The position numbers and the translations under genes were made by a program. A DNA stretch of 64,000 bases from assembly GCF_009914755.1 (NCBI RefSeq), contig NC_060946.1; one strand, 5' to 3'. Source of the DNA: the human T2T-CHM13v2.0 reference genome, Homo sapiens. Each line of letters starts with the position of its first letter. The stretch's first letter is position 1. The notes beneath the pieces were generated by a model that was given only the letters and a program-made list of their open reading frames with translations, did not search any database and was not told where the DNA came from. This document shows, piece by piece, positions 1 to 15,263 of the stretch.

Positions 1-614
1 CAACACTGTCCCCTTCCTTCCACCTTGGAGTGATGTTAGAAATAGGTCATCATCTCCACTCAAGCACTTAGTTCTTTCCATTATCTTCCCATCTTCTTTT
101 CTGGGAGAAAGAAGCCCAAGGGCCCTGTGACTTCAACTCCACCCACTTTCTGATGACTCTGAAACCCCAAGCCCCAACCTTAGCCTCTCTCCTGGGTCCA
201 GACTGACATATCCAGCTGCTCCCTGAGCTTTTCTTCTTAGTTGAAGAATTCAACTCACAGTCACCCGCATGCAATCTGAAGCCCATGAGCCCTTTCTCAG
301 CCCTGCCTCCTCTCATGTATCTTCTATTTCTGTAAAGCCGTCACCACCTACTCAGTCTCCCAAGCCAGAAATCCAGTGGCATCCCAGAGTCCTCCTCTCC
401 CTTAGCTTCCAAGATTGGTCAAGAAATCCTGCCTGTTTGCTTCCTGAATTTCTCTAAAATATATCCTCACCTCTTCTTAGCCTAGGCCCTATCATCTCTT
501 GACTGGAGGCCTGCGCTCATCTTCCTGCAGTTTTTCTGCCGACTTTAGCCTTGCAATCTATCTTCACATTCTGATCTCTGATACAGAGCTCTGTCGCTCT
601 CTCGCTCTCTCTTA

Positions 615-903
615 ATTAGAGACAGAGTCTCTCTCTGTTGTCCAGGCTGTAGTACAGTGGTACAATCAGAGCTCACTACAGCCTTTAACTCCTGGGCTCA
701 CACCCTCCTCCCGCTTCAGCCTCCTGAGTAGCTGGGACTACAGGTGCGCTTCCACCACGCCTTGCTAAGTTTTATTTTTATTTTCATAGAGACAAGGTCT
801 CGCTTTGTTGCCCAGGCTGGTCTCAAACTCCTGGGCTCAAGCGATCGTCCACTTGGGCCTCCCAAAGTGCTGGGATTACAGGCATGAGCCATCGCACCCA
901 GCC
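615..903 (-). mobile_element. Alu (J-like) interrupting an L2 fragment
   Basis: Antisense Alu consensus; flanks are L2-like pyrimidine-rich sequence. Confidence 0.85.
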
Positions 904-1179
904 AGAGCTCTTTCTGAACTCTAATTCTTACTGTTACTTCCCTGCTCAAAATCCTTTAAGGGCTCCCCCTACATTTCAAGATATTCACAGTCTACATTCC
1001 AGCCACCTGGAGGCATTTCATTCCCAGAACACACCACACCTCCTCAGAGCTGAAGGAGGAAGTCCATTGCCATCTGACTTGGCCTCAGTAACTCCTTTCG
1101 TTGCCAAGGCAAGTGGTCTCTCCTCTACATATGGATGCCTTTTCTATCTATTTCTGCTTTCTTCTTTATCATCACACTT

Positions 1180-1350
1180 CTATCAGTTAAGATATTTTCA
1201 GGAGCAAGAAACATAAACTAAAAATGGCTTAAACAATAACAAAGACTTGTAATTTCTCAAAGTCCAGAAGTAGGAAGGCTCCTGGGTATCATCTAATTCA
1301 GCGGTTCAGTGACATTATCAGAGTTCTTTCCATCTTTTGCTCTGCTATCC
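1180..1350. mobile_element. MLT1-like (ERVL-MaLR) LTR fragment
   Basis: aaatggcttaaacaataa...aagtccagaagtagg...tcagcggttcagtgac resembles MLT1J/K. Confidence 0.5.
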
Positions 1351-1396
1351 TTATTTAGAATTATTGTTCTAGTCTATATCAAAGACTTAAAAAAAA

Positions 1397-1685
1397 TTTT
1401 TTTTTTGAGAGAGGCTTGCTCTGTTGCCCAGGCTGGAGTCCAGTGGCAAGATCACGGTTCACTGCAACCTTGCCTCCTGGGTTCAAGCAATTCTCCTGCC
1501 TCAGCCTCCCGAGTAGCTGGGATTACAGGCATGTGCCACCAGGCCCGGCTCCTTTTTGTATTTTTAGTAGAGATGGCATTTCACCATGATGGACAGGCTG
1601 GTCTCGAACTCCTGGCCTCAAGTGATCTATGTGCCTTGGCCTCTCAAAGTGCTGGGATTACAGGCGCGAGCCACCACACCTGGCC
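1397..1685 (-). mobile_element. Alu (S/J)
   Basis: Antisense Alu with poly-T. Confidence 0.9.
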
Positions 1686-2071
1686 TCAGACTTTCAAAAC
1701 ATTCTCAGTGGCGGTGTCAAATATTTTGTCTTTTAATGGTGAATCTCATTTTTTGAGAAACCAGAAGCCACATACAGTCAAGTCTGGTGAGTAATATGAG
1801 TAACTGAGGTAGACAATAACATTTGGGGTCACAGTCAAAGTCAGGCCACAGAGTAACAAGACAGAACTTTTGGTTTTGTTTGGGATCTGGCTTTAAAAGC
1901 AAGTTTAGAAAAGGCATCCCAAGTATCTTGGGTTCCAGCCAAATATCTGTGAAATACACAGCATGTGAACACAAAGAGTTACTGTTTCCAAAGCTGGCCC
2001 CACTGGGATGTTTAAGTTTTAATCTGCCTGTTTAAAAAACAATAACAAATTGAATTTTTGAAAAGTTTCCT

Positions 2072-2392
<321 letters not shown>

Positions 2393-2810
2393 TTACCTGG
2401 AAGAGAAAAAAAAAAAATACACCGTGGAGTAACCATTCTTCCTTCCCACCATCTGCTGAGATGAGGAACTTAAGGTGCTAACTGGGACAAATGAATTTCC
2501 AAAATAGAAAAAGGGATTCAGGGAAGTCCTTGAGTGCTGAATTTGGGAGGCCAAGCCACAGTGGGGTGACATGAGTGGACGGCACAAGTGGACAGAAATA
2601 ACCTGGGGTCAGGAGAAGCTGACTCCAAAGGTAAACCCACGGCTCCTCCACAGGCCTGGGGTAAATCCTAGAACAGCTGTTGAGTTCTTTCAACTTATTA
2701 ACATATTTTCCTCTAAGTCCAAAAGGGCCTTCTTTGCCTGGCAGCCCCTTTCTCTTGTTTTTTTGGTGTCCTCCCTCCAATGTCTTTGTCTTTCCTTTTC
2801 TTCCATGTAG

Positions 2811-2902
2811 ATTTTAAGTAACCAAGAGGAGTGGTTTAAGGCGGAGCTTGGGAGCCAGGAAGGATATGTGCCCAAGAATTTCATAGACATCCAGTTTCCC
2901 AA
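2811..2902 (+). CDS. GRAP2: GRAP2/GADS internal coding exon (probably exon 3), C-terminal part of N-terminal SH3 (ILSNQEEWFKAELGSQEGYVPKNFIDIQFP)
   Basis: Polypyrimidine tract + TAG ending at 2810; donor GTAAGT at 2903; 92 nt, phase 0 to 2; SH3 motifs WFKAE and GYVPKNFI; matches GRAP2 protein as recalled. Confidence 0.97.
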
Positions 2903-3147
2903 GTAAGTATCTGCAGCCTGCTGAGATGGGCCTAGCCACACACACTCCTCTTACATTTCCAGCAGTCACTACAGTTATCCATGGGAACCCAAGACATTGT
3001 CAAAAATGGCTGCCTCTGGAGCTCTCTCCGGAGAGCCTCCAGAGCATGCAGCTGAAGGCCAGGGCAGGAGGGAGACTTTGCATTTCATTTCATTCCCTTT
3101 TGATGTTTACACCATGTGCATGTATTGCTATTTTAAGTTGTTCTTAA

Positions 3148-3760
3148 CTTTTTTTTTTTTTTTTTGGGAGTTGGGGTCTCCCTCTGTCACCCAGGCTGGA
3201 GTGCGGTGACTCCATCACCACTCACTGCAGCCTAAAACTCCTGGGCTCAAGCCATCCTCTCACCTCAGCCTCCCAAGTAGCTGGGATTACAGGCACATGC
3301 CACCACGCCAGGCTAGTTTTTGTATTTTTAGTAGAGACAGGGTTTTACCATGTTGGCCAGGCTGGTCCCAAACTCCTGACCTCAAGTGATCTGCCGCCTC
3401 AGCCTCCCAAAGTGCTGGGATTACAGGCGTGAACCACCATGCCTGGCCTATTTTAAGTTTTGGGTTTTTTTGGGTTTTTTTATTCATGTGTTTATTTGTT
3501 TTGAGACAGAGCCTTGCTCTGTTGCCCAGGCTGGAGTGCAGTGGCATGATCTCGGCTCATTGCAATTCTCCTGCCTCAGCCTCCCTAGTAGCTGGGATTA
3601 CAGGTGCATGCCACCACACCCAGCTAACTTTTGTATTTTTAGTAGAGATGGGGTTTCACCATGATGGACAGGCTGGTCTCAAACTCTTGACCTCAGGTGA
3701 TCCACCCGCCTCGGCCTCCCAAAGTGCTGGGATTACAGGTGTGAGCCACTGCACCCGGCC
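3148..3760 (-). mobile_element. Two tandem antisense Alus (3148-3448 and 3460-3760)
   Basis: Alu consensus; target motif tattttaagtt at 3129, 3449 and 3761. Confidence 0.9.
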
Positions 3761-4638
3761 TATTTTAAGTTTTTATAAAATGAGTTTGTAAACTCAAATT
3801 ATCTATAGTGATTTCAATCACGGCGTTCCCCAGAATTCCAAAGGGGACGCTATTGGCCACCCCACTTCGGGAGCTGCTCTCCTAAGCGCTTCTCTGTGAC
3901 CTCCTAATCCTAACCATCCTCACCAGGCTCTCACCCTTCACTCGGTGGGTGGACAGACACTCCCTGCCTTCAGTAAAGCATGCTCACCCCAATGAGAGAA
4001 GTCAGCGGGGGGAAGGGGAAATTCTCTTCCTAAAGAGGAAATGAAAAATTGAGATTGGGCTTCGTTTGTCTCAAGAATTGACCACAAGGGTTAGATAGAA
4101 ATCTAATCTTGCCTCAGAACCAGGGTCTAGCTCAAAGAGCAAAAGCTTGTTAGAAAACCACAGTAGTATTGGTGACTCCAGCAAGGTGCAAGAGCACCAG
4201 TCTTGGTAAACCTGAACTGACCACCAAACCAAGAGAATGACCACTGACCTTGACGGAACCCTTGATGCTGCCCAGGAATCTGCTAGGTGACCTCTGCATA
4301 CCCCACCTGCTCCTCAAACCTTCAGCCCCTCCGTGCATCACTCTTAGCCCGTGACCTTGATTCCAGGTTCTCTGGAACAATGAAAGCCACCAGAAGTGAA
4401 GCTCCCAGACCCCCCTCCCCCACCGCATCCACCTGCCTCCTGCAAGTGTGCTCAAACAGTCGGCCTTTCCTGCAGCTGGCTGGAAGGAACTGTCACTGCT
4501 TCTAGCAGAAATTCTCCTCTCTCTCTCTTCCACGTCAACCTCCTTTCCCTCTCTGCTGGATCATTCCTGTCAGCAAACACACACGCTGCAATTTCTCCCA
4601 ACTTACCAAAACACAAACAAATAAAACCAAACCCAGAG

Positions 4639-4959
<321 letters not shown>

Positions 4960-5570
4960 TCAAGAAAATTCTTAATCCCAAATCCCCTTCCACTTGCCAC
5001 TCCATCTCTTCAAAAGGAGTGTGTGCATTTGCTACTTCCAACTCCTCATCTCCCGACCCTTCCCACCAGGCTCCCCATGGGCTGTAGCTCCCAGGGGTCA
5101 TCTCAGCATGACCTGCCCTGGGGATCCCCCCTCCCACTGGAACACCTCTTTCATTTTGGCTCCAGGACGTCCTTCCTCCGGTTGTCCTCCCACTGCCCTG
5201 GCTTCTCCTCCTCAGTCTCTTGTGTTGGTTCCTCCCACTCCCCAGTCCCCTATAGGTTTAGAATGTCTCCTTTTCAGTGAGGTCTTTCTCATCACCATAC
5301 CTTACATTAATCTCCCACCCACAGCGCCCCATCTCTCCTCTCAGTTTTCATGTTCTCCACAGCACTTACCATCATCTGGCACGCTTCAGATCTTAATTAT
5401 TTTGTTCTTTTGTGTGTGTCCCCCTCGACTAGAATGTAAGCTCCCTGAGGGCAGGGGTGTGTGTCTGTTCTGCCCACTACTGTGTCCCCAGTGCCCAGGA
5501 GGGGCCCAGCACAGTACTAGATGTTCAGTAAAGCTGTTGAATGAATGAATGAATGAATGAACGAACGAAT
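4960..5570 (-). mobile_element. L2 fragments with (TGAA)n terminus
   Basis: ctagaatgtaagctccctgagggcaggg...cagtaaagctgttgaatgaatgaatg is typical of the L2 end. Confidence 0.75.
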
Positions 5571-6395
5571 ATGTATTATTGAAACCATGACCACTCATGT
5601 CTAATATGCAATGTGTGGTGATTTTTACAAATCTTTAAAGAAGCCCCCTATCAGATTGCAGTCAGAGGACAAATGTGTATTTCCTAAATCCCCTTCACTT
5701 CTGAAATGTTTCCTTTGCGATATGGCTGCTGTGGTGCATACTCCATTCCTCTTCCCATCCCCATTACATTTCCCACACGTGGCAGTGGTGTGTGTGGTGG
5801 CCTCTTGTTTAGCCCTGTAGAATTGTGTGGCAAATACTCAGGCAGAATCTCCAGGCCACCAGAAACTGCTGCTTTCAGCCCTCTCAGAGCACAGCCAAAC
5901 TTCCCCCTCAGTCCCAGTGGGGGACTCAGTCTCCAGTAAGTACATCCTTCCTGCTACCTATGTCTCAGGTTCCCAAATTCTAGAAAGCACAGAGAATTGC
6001 TCACAAAGGAATCCAAAGCCAAGGCCTGACGGGCTTTTATCTTAAAGGAACATGCGTATGAGCCTTCTGGTGACAGCAATTAGAGCAGCCACCTTGAAGC
6101 AATGTGACACAGTCCCACCTTTGGCCGCTGAGTGATTGCAGACACTCATTTTGCTTGTCTGTGGTGGAGAGAGGTCTCTGGCCTCCTGCTTTGAGGCTGC
6201 AGCCACAGCTTGCCTGGCCCTGTGTAAGTGTTTGACCTATTTCATACATGCCACGCTGTATGCAGCTGTACCTCCAGGGGCTGCCACCCTGACCATTCTG
6301 CTAAAAGAGTAATTTCTCCTGTTTCTTCTTTTCCACAGTAAAGATTATTTCCCAGCCTGGATTTTTGGGGCAGGCCCAGGATCTGGTTGTATAGA

Positions 6396-6414
6396 CGCCG
6401 CTCTCTGGCGGCTG
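6396..6414 (-). promoter_or_regulatory. Candidate CTCF motif
   Basis: Reverse complement cagccgccagagagcggcg resembles the CTCF core CCRSYAGRKGGCR with one core mismatch; CpGs retained. Confidence 0.4.
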
Positions 6415-7046
6415 CCAGCCTCGCTGATTTCCAAGCATGTACACTGGACTCCCTAGGAACACTGCAGCCTCTGCTAGGCACACTGAGCAAAGCCCCCTTG
6501 TGCTCCATGCCAGCCTAGGTAACGTGACGCCCTGGGCTGTAACTTTCCTTTAATACCCAGGGAGGAACCTCTAGGCCACTGAGACCTCAGGGCAGGCATG
6601 AGCACCCCAGGCCCTGCTCAGCCGGCTGCACCTGGTTGGCTCCAGTGCCTGAAGCCTTCCCTTCCCTCCCCAGTGCATCCTCTGTCCTCGCAGCTCTGGT
6701 CTATCTCTTCCGCAGCTGCCGGCAGGCGGCTGCTTCCTGCAGTGAGTCACTCCCACACTGCCCCATTTTGGTGCAGCGACACATTTCCATGATTCGTTTC
6801 CCAGGCTGGAGAGAGACTTCTCCTGGAGAGAAGGAACAAAGAGGGTGAATCAAGGGGAATGCTCCCTCGCCTTTCCTGAAAGCTGCCTGGAGCACTGGTT
6901 TGATTTCAAACAGCACCTGGTCTCTCTCTGCTCCCTACTGTACAGAGTCCCCAGCCTCTTTCCCTCTGGGTCACCTCTTCTCCACGTCTCCCTCTTGTCA
7001 CTCCTGTGTCTCATCCTGATCCTTTTGTTTGATCTCGCCCCCACAG

Positions 7047-7166
7047 ATGGTTTCACGAAGGCCTCTCTCGACACCAGGCAGAGAACTTACTCATGGGCAA
7101 GGAGGTTGGCTTCTTCATCATCCGGGCCAGCCAGAGCTCCCCAGGGGACTTCTCCATCTCTGTCAG
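7047..7166 (+). CDS. GRAP2: GRAP2 coding exon (probably exon 4), first half of SH2 (WFHEGLSRHQAENLLMGKEVGFFIIRASQSSPGDFSISV)
   Basis: CAG acceptor ending 7046; GT at 7167; 120 nt, phase 2 to 2; SH2 FLVRES-like motif FIIRAS. Confidence 0.97.
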
Positions 7167-7644
7167 GTACTGACCATTCCTGACACTGCCTTGGCCCTTC
7201 TCGGCCTGTTAACCTCACAGAATGCTGAAGCCATGAAGGGACCTCTGGAATATGACCCAATGGTCAGAAGCATGGTGGCCTAGGGGCCAAGCATGGCAGC
7301 AGCTTCACAACCTGCTGCTCCCAGTGCCTTCCCAAAACATGCACACACCACTCTTTAGAACACTGGTGTGTGTTTGAAATTATTTCTACGCCCATCTGCC
7401 TCCCCTTCTAGCCCAGGTGCTTCTGGAAGGGCAGGATTTTCCTCTACTTCATCTTTATGCCTTTAACAGTGTCTTGCATAAAAGAGAGACACTCAGTGAG
7501 TATTTGTGGAAGGAAGGAGGGATAGGAGGAGGAGAACTCCCACTTGTCCAGATCCATCTGGGGGTTTAAATCTTAACCTTTTCTTTTATGATTGATGCAT
7601 ATCTGAAGAAGAGTCAGAGAAAAATAGAAATCTCAAGTCACTGC

Positions 7645-8420
<776 letters not shown>

Positions 8421-9132
8421 AATACATGTATAGTTGTAGGCAGCTGAACAAAAAGAAAGGCTACTTCAACACAGTACAGTACAGCAAGACCGAAAACCAC
8501 AGAACAGAGGGCCAGGAGTGGGGGAGGACTGTAACAGCGAAATCTCACTAAGGTGCAGCAACCCATAGGAAGTGACTCAGTCCACGCGTAGACATTACAC
8601 AGCCCCAAACTCAGAAGCCCAGTTCGGAACACACTGTGTGTGGTCAGCATGTTGAGGATCGCAAGTCACGTATCAGACTTCACCACATGTGAAACTGCAA
8701 GAATATAATGCTGTTAGCAGATCAGGAGAAGTACAGCAAAACCTTACTGTCAAGTTATTGGCAGGAAATACCGATCTGGTTTATTCAATATATTTTGAAA
8801 GGCATAAAGCTTTGTTTTAAGGACAGAAATCCAATCTCAAGTAATAAACTGTGGCCACTTTGCTGTTTAGAAAGAATGGATATTTGAAAGGATAGGTAGG
8901 AAGGACTTAAAAATAACAGGTCAACAATTTGTATGCATACATACCTTTAAAGTGGTCTCTTTAGCATTGCCCTTGCAATCTTGCTTAAACTCTTTTCTTC
9001 AGTAAAAACTTTATTTTCATAGCTTGGAGAATGGTTAACTTTAGTTCAGGCCAATATTGATGTATCACAAATTCTAATCTTGTTAGGTCTTAATTAATGA
9101 AATTTCGCTCCATTAACATATATTACAAGTCA

Positions 9133-9430
9133 GGGTTGGGCGCCGTGGCTCATGCCTCTAATCCCAGCACTCTGGGAGGCTGAGTTGGGAGGAATGCTTT
9201 AAGCCAAGGAGTTGGAGACCAGCCGGGGCAACTAGTGAGACCTCATCTCTACTAAAAATAAAAAATTAACCCAGTGCAGTGGCGCATGCCTGTGGTCCCA
9301 ACTACTTGGGAGGCTGAAGTTAAAGGATTGTTGGAGCTGGGCGGTTGAGGTTGCAGTGAGCCAAGATCGATCGCACCACTGCACTCTAGCCTGGGTGACA
9401 GAGCAAGACCCTGTCTCAAGAGAAAAAAAT
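9133..9430 (+). mobile_element. AluJ
   Basis: Alu consensus. Confidence 0.85.
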
Positions 9431-9663
9431 TATTTACATATATTATATACATATATTATTAGAAAAAACAATTATACATATATTTAACATGCGTGTATAT
9501 ATATTACAAGTCAAATCTATTTCTTAAGCCTCCCCTCTTTACCCCATCATAAACTTGACCAAGTAATTTGTTAGACTGAGGGGTATCTCTTGGGCCTTTG
9601 GTTTGCATGAAGATGACTCTGGCTTTTTCAGCTAGAAACTATGGTTTTTGTGGTTTCGTTGGT

Positions 9664-9960
9664 TTTTTGAGACAGACTCTCGCTCTGTCGCCCAGGCTGG
9701 AGTGCAGTGGCGCAATCTCGGCTCCCTGCAACCTCCGCCTCCCAGGTTCAAAGCAATTCTCGTGCCTTGGCCTCCTGAGTAGCTGGGACCATGGGTTCGC
9801 ACCACCACGCCTGGCTAATTTGTGTGTGTGTGGTTTTTTTCAGTAGAGACGGGGTTTCGTCATGTTGGCCAGGCTGGTCTTGAACTCCTGGCCTCATGTA
9901 ATCCACCCGCCTCAGCCTCCCAAAGTGCTAGGATTACAGGCGCGACCCACTGTGCCCGGA
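9664..9960 (-). mobile_element. AluS
   Basis: Antisense Alu; TSD-like agaactatggttt on both sides. Confidence 0.9.
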
Positions 9961-10728
9961 CCCAGAACTATGGTTTATATTTCCTTAATTAAAGTGAGTT
10001 CTACAAAACAGTAGGCCTTGACTTCTACCGAAGTCTTCCCCTGATATTCAGGCGATGAAGCTTCTAGTTATGGTGACAATTACCGTAATCCTTATCACGT
10101 CTTTGCAGAAATGTAGTATAATATTTTCCAAAGCAAAATCATTATTAATTATTTTTACATCTGTCATGGGCACAGATAATTAAGAGCTAATTGTAGTTCT
10201 ATCACTCAGCATTTGTTAAGGGCCTGAAACACCAGATTTTGGAGTCCAGCGCCCTGAGTCGCATCCTTTCCTTTGTTCCTCTTCAGGCTTGAGACAATGG
10301 TCAGGCCATCCTCTCCTTGTAGACCCAGATAACCAGCTGCAACCCTCACACCCATCCTTACAGCTTATGAGAGTAAAAGGGTCAATGTTTCACACTCTGA
10401 GTTCTTTGAGGTGGTGGATGAAAAATTATAATATCACAAGAATATTTTCTCCTCCTCACCTGGATGTGAAGGATAATGACTTTGAGTTGATCCATGTTGT
10501 CTTAGAATGAAGAAAGTATCTGTTGGTGGCCAAAACCAAGGGGAAGACCACAAAGTGATTGCAATATGTTGATTACCACCCGAAATCAGTCAAGCAAGAG
10601 GCCACTTGTACAACCTGTGGCTTCACCCAGCTATGAGCAAATCCCAGCACATAAGATGAGATTGAGGGTCAGAATTTCCATCTCCTTCTTAACACAGGTC
10701 CCTAAATCCATCCCTAAGAAACCTCCAT

Positions 10729-11085
<357 letters not shown>

Positions 11086-11313
11086 TCAGGCAATTGGCAT
11101 CACTAGTGCCAGTTTATTTTTAGATATAAATGTATGTCTGTTTGAAAAATAAACTTTACATCCAAAAGAGAATGACTTGGCAATGAAGTAAAACTGGATC
11201 TAATGGTAAAGGCTCAGCCCACCCTTCCTAGATGGATAAAATCCATTTTCTCTAGCCCTGGTTCGAATGTGTCCCATCACTTGTGAGTCCAGACTGGCAA
11301 CAAAAGGTGCTGA

Positions 11314-11907
<594 letters not shown>

Positions 11908-12103
11908 ATGTTTAGGTGGCGTGACAGGCCAAGCTCACTAGACTGGAGTCAGAGACTCAGGGTTCTGGCCTCAGCCCTTACTCAGCAGTGACCTTGACCA
12001 AGCCCCTGCACCTCTGTGAGCCTCAGTGTCCTCATCTGTAAAATGGAGAAGTAAGGCTAAACAATCTCCAACATCCTTGCCAATTAAAACTCTATCATTT
12101 CAC

Positions 12104-12448
<345 letters not shown>

Positions 12449-12860
12449 TTATTTATGCAAAACATAAACCAAGATCAAGAGATCCTTATTACATAGAGAA
12501 AAAATGTGACATATTTCTTAGGAAAGAGAGTAGCTTCTTACCTGCCAGTGCTAGCTTATGGGCTTAAAGGAGATGGTTCAAAGAATTTCTGGTAACAGAA
12601 AGATAATAGGAGCTTGAAATACCCCTGTTGACATCTTGCGAATAAACATTGTGAAAAGGTCTTTGATCTCTTTGTCGTTAAGTCACTTGGAACATGCTTT
12701 TCTTGTAAAAGGTTAGTTCCAGTGTCCAAAACAAATTTTAGCTCATCTGATTACCTTCTGCTGATGTAAATCCCGTCTAGCATAGCCTGTATCCTAAGTG
12801 GTCCATCCTACAAAGTTCCTGCCGAAGCCTGACTGGGCTGGCCCACCTGCCCAGTGATGA

Positions 12861-13280
<420 letters not shown>

Positions 13281-15032
13281 TGAGGTCAGATCTCAACTTA
13301 ACACTTCCTAGTCGTGTGACTTTGGAAAGTTCTCTGCGCCTCAGTTTCCTCATCCATAAAGTAGGGACAATGGTAATATCTACCTCCCAGAATGGCTGTG
13401 AAGGTTGGAGAAGATAATGTATCCCACGCCTCATGTCATTCCTCATCACACTGCGCTCAGCAAGCATCAGCTCTTACCACAGGTGCTGTTTTTTTGTTAT
13501 TCATAGACATTGCTACACCAAAGTTTTCAACCTAGCTCAAGAGTTGCCCAAGGATGAAGGAGTTGGGGGTGCTACAGACAGGGACATTAGGGAACAGCCT
13601 AGAGTTCAGGAGTTAAATCAGCATGTGGAGTTTTATGATGGGATTGGGGGTAGGGAGGACATGGGAGGAGAAAACTGCACTTGGAATTATTGCTGTTGCA
13701 ACTGTTTGCAATACAGACTATTGCTTTAAAAGGAAATGCGTCAGACAGACCTGGTATGAAATCCTGCTTTAATCGCTTAGCTACCTGTATTACCTAGCCA
13801 AGTTAAGAAACCATCTGAGTATCAGTTTTCTCATCTGTAGAATGGAGAGAGCAATAAAACCTCCCTCACTGGGCTGTTGTGAGGATTAAATGACTTAATA
13901 CAGCTAAGCACTACCAGAGTCTGGTCCATATTAAGCACTAAGAACATGTTAACTTGCCTCCCATAAGTAAATTCACACATGCACACACTCACACACACAC
14001 ACACACCAATTTATGAACTATTTTTCAAAGGAAATAACATGGTTATAAGAGACAGGTATCATAGGAAGAAGCATTCACTAGAATAGCTGAAATCCTAGGG
14101 ACAGGTTATTTGAAAAGATATTGAGACTGTGAAAGCAATGTGTGCTTTGGGGAAGTCAAGAAAATCCTCCTTTTTCGAGTCCCTAGTTGCTTTTAAGCCT
14201 GAGAAGTTACTGCCAAAGGAGAAAAGAAGTTACCACCAAATGCACACAGAAGTTCAGAAAGGAAAACAAAGGCTAGCCAAGACCTTGTGAATCACTCTAA
14301 CCAGGAAACGGACAGAGGTATTAACTCACTAGGATGGGCATTCAGAGAAGCAATATAAAATTGCATTAAATGGGATTAAATGAGTTGATATTTGTAAAGC
14401 GCTTAGAACAGTGCCTGGTATATGCTGCCCTCAGGGTCCTACATAATTGTTTGTTAAATGAAACTAACAATACGGTATTTCTGATTTGTAAGGTTGTTGT
14501 AACATTAGGGAAAAAGGCCTTACTTCTTCCCCCATGCCCAGCCCGGCGGCAGGCCTGGTTCCCATGGTGTTGCAAGAATGTTGCTGTTTGGGTCTCTATC
14601 ACCAGGCTGTAAATGACAGTTCAAAATCATGCAAAGTCAACAGTGGAGCTTATCTGGAGGGTAGATTGTCCAGTGGTGTGGCAACATGTGATAAGAAGGG
14701 GTGGCATTGTATCAGTAAAATGGAATATTTCAGCTTGATTACACAGAGAAAAAACGAGCGCCCTAGAAATGGACTAAATGGCTACCAGGCAAAAAGTGTT
14801 AGTCTGTGAACCAGAGACCTGCACTCCTAAAACTGGGAGGATCTGAGAATGCAGAGGCCACTTTGGAAAATGTGAAGGTCTAAAGCATCAATTATCTTTT
14901 AGCTGCCCCCACCCCACCAGCTATTTCTTGGAGCCAGATGAGCAGGGTCTGGGAACAACTGCCCGAGGGTAGGGTAGGGCCAGACGATCAGAGAGGAGGA
15001 TGCATCTGCAGCATCTCTGTTCTTTCTCCCAG

Positions 15033-15263
15033 GGTCACCGGGGCAACAGCCTGGACCGGAGGTCCCAGGGAGGCCCACACCTCAGTGGGGCTGTGGGAGA
15101 AGAAATCCGACCTTCGATGAACCGGAAGCTGTCGGATCACCCCCCGACCCTTCCCCTGCAGCAGCACCAGCACCAGCCACAGCCTCCGCAATATGCCCCA
15201 GCGCCCCAGCAGCTGCAGCAGCCCCCACAGCAGCGATATCTGCAGCACCACCATTTCCACCAG
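15033..15263 (+). CDS. GRAP2: GRAP2 coding exon (probably exon 6), Gln/Pro/His-rich linker
   Basis: CAG acceptor ending 15032; GTATCT at 15264; 231 nt = 77 codons (GHRGNSLDRR...QHHHFHQ). Confidence 0.97.

Noticed and set aside
1309-1794. Alu-derived ORFs (this one and many with [13 protein letters not shown] peptides, e.g. 21898..22500)
   Set aside because: Standard Alu translation artefacts
15157-15263. CAG-rich Gln/His stretch as a polyQ expansion locus
   Set aside because: Heavily interrupted; this is the known GADS linker
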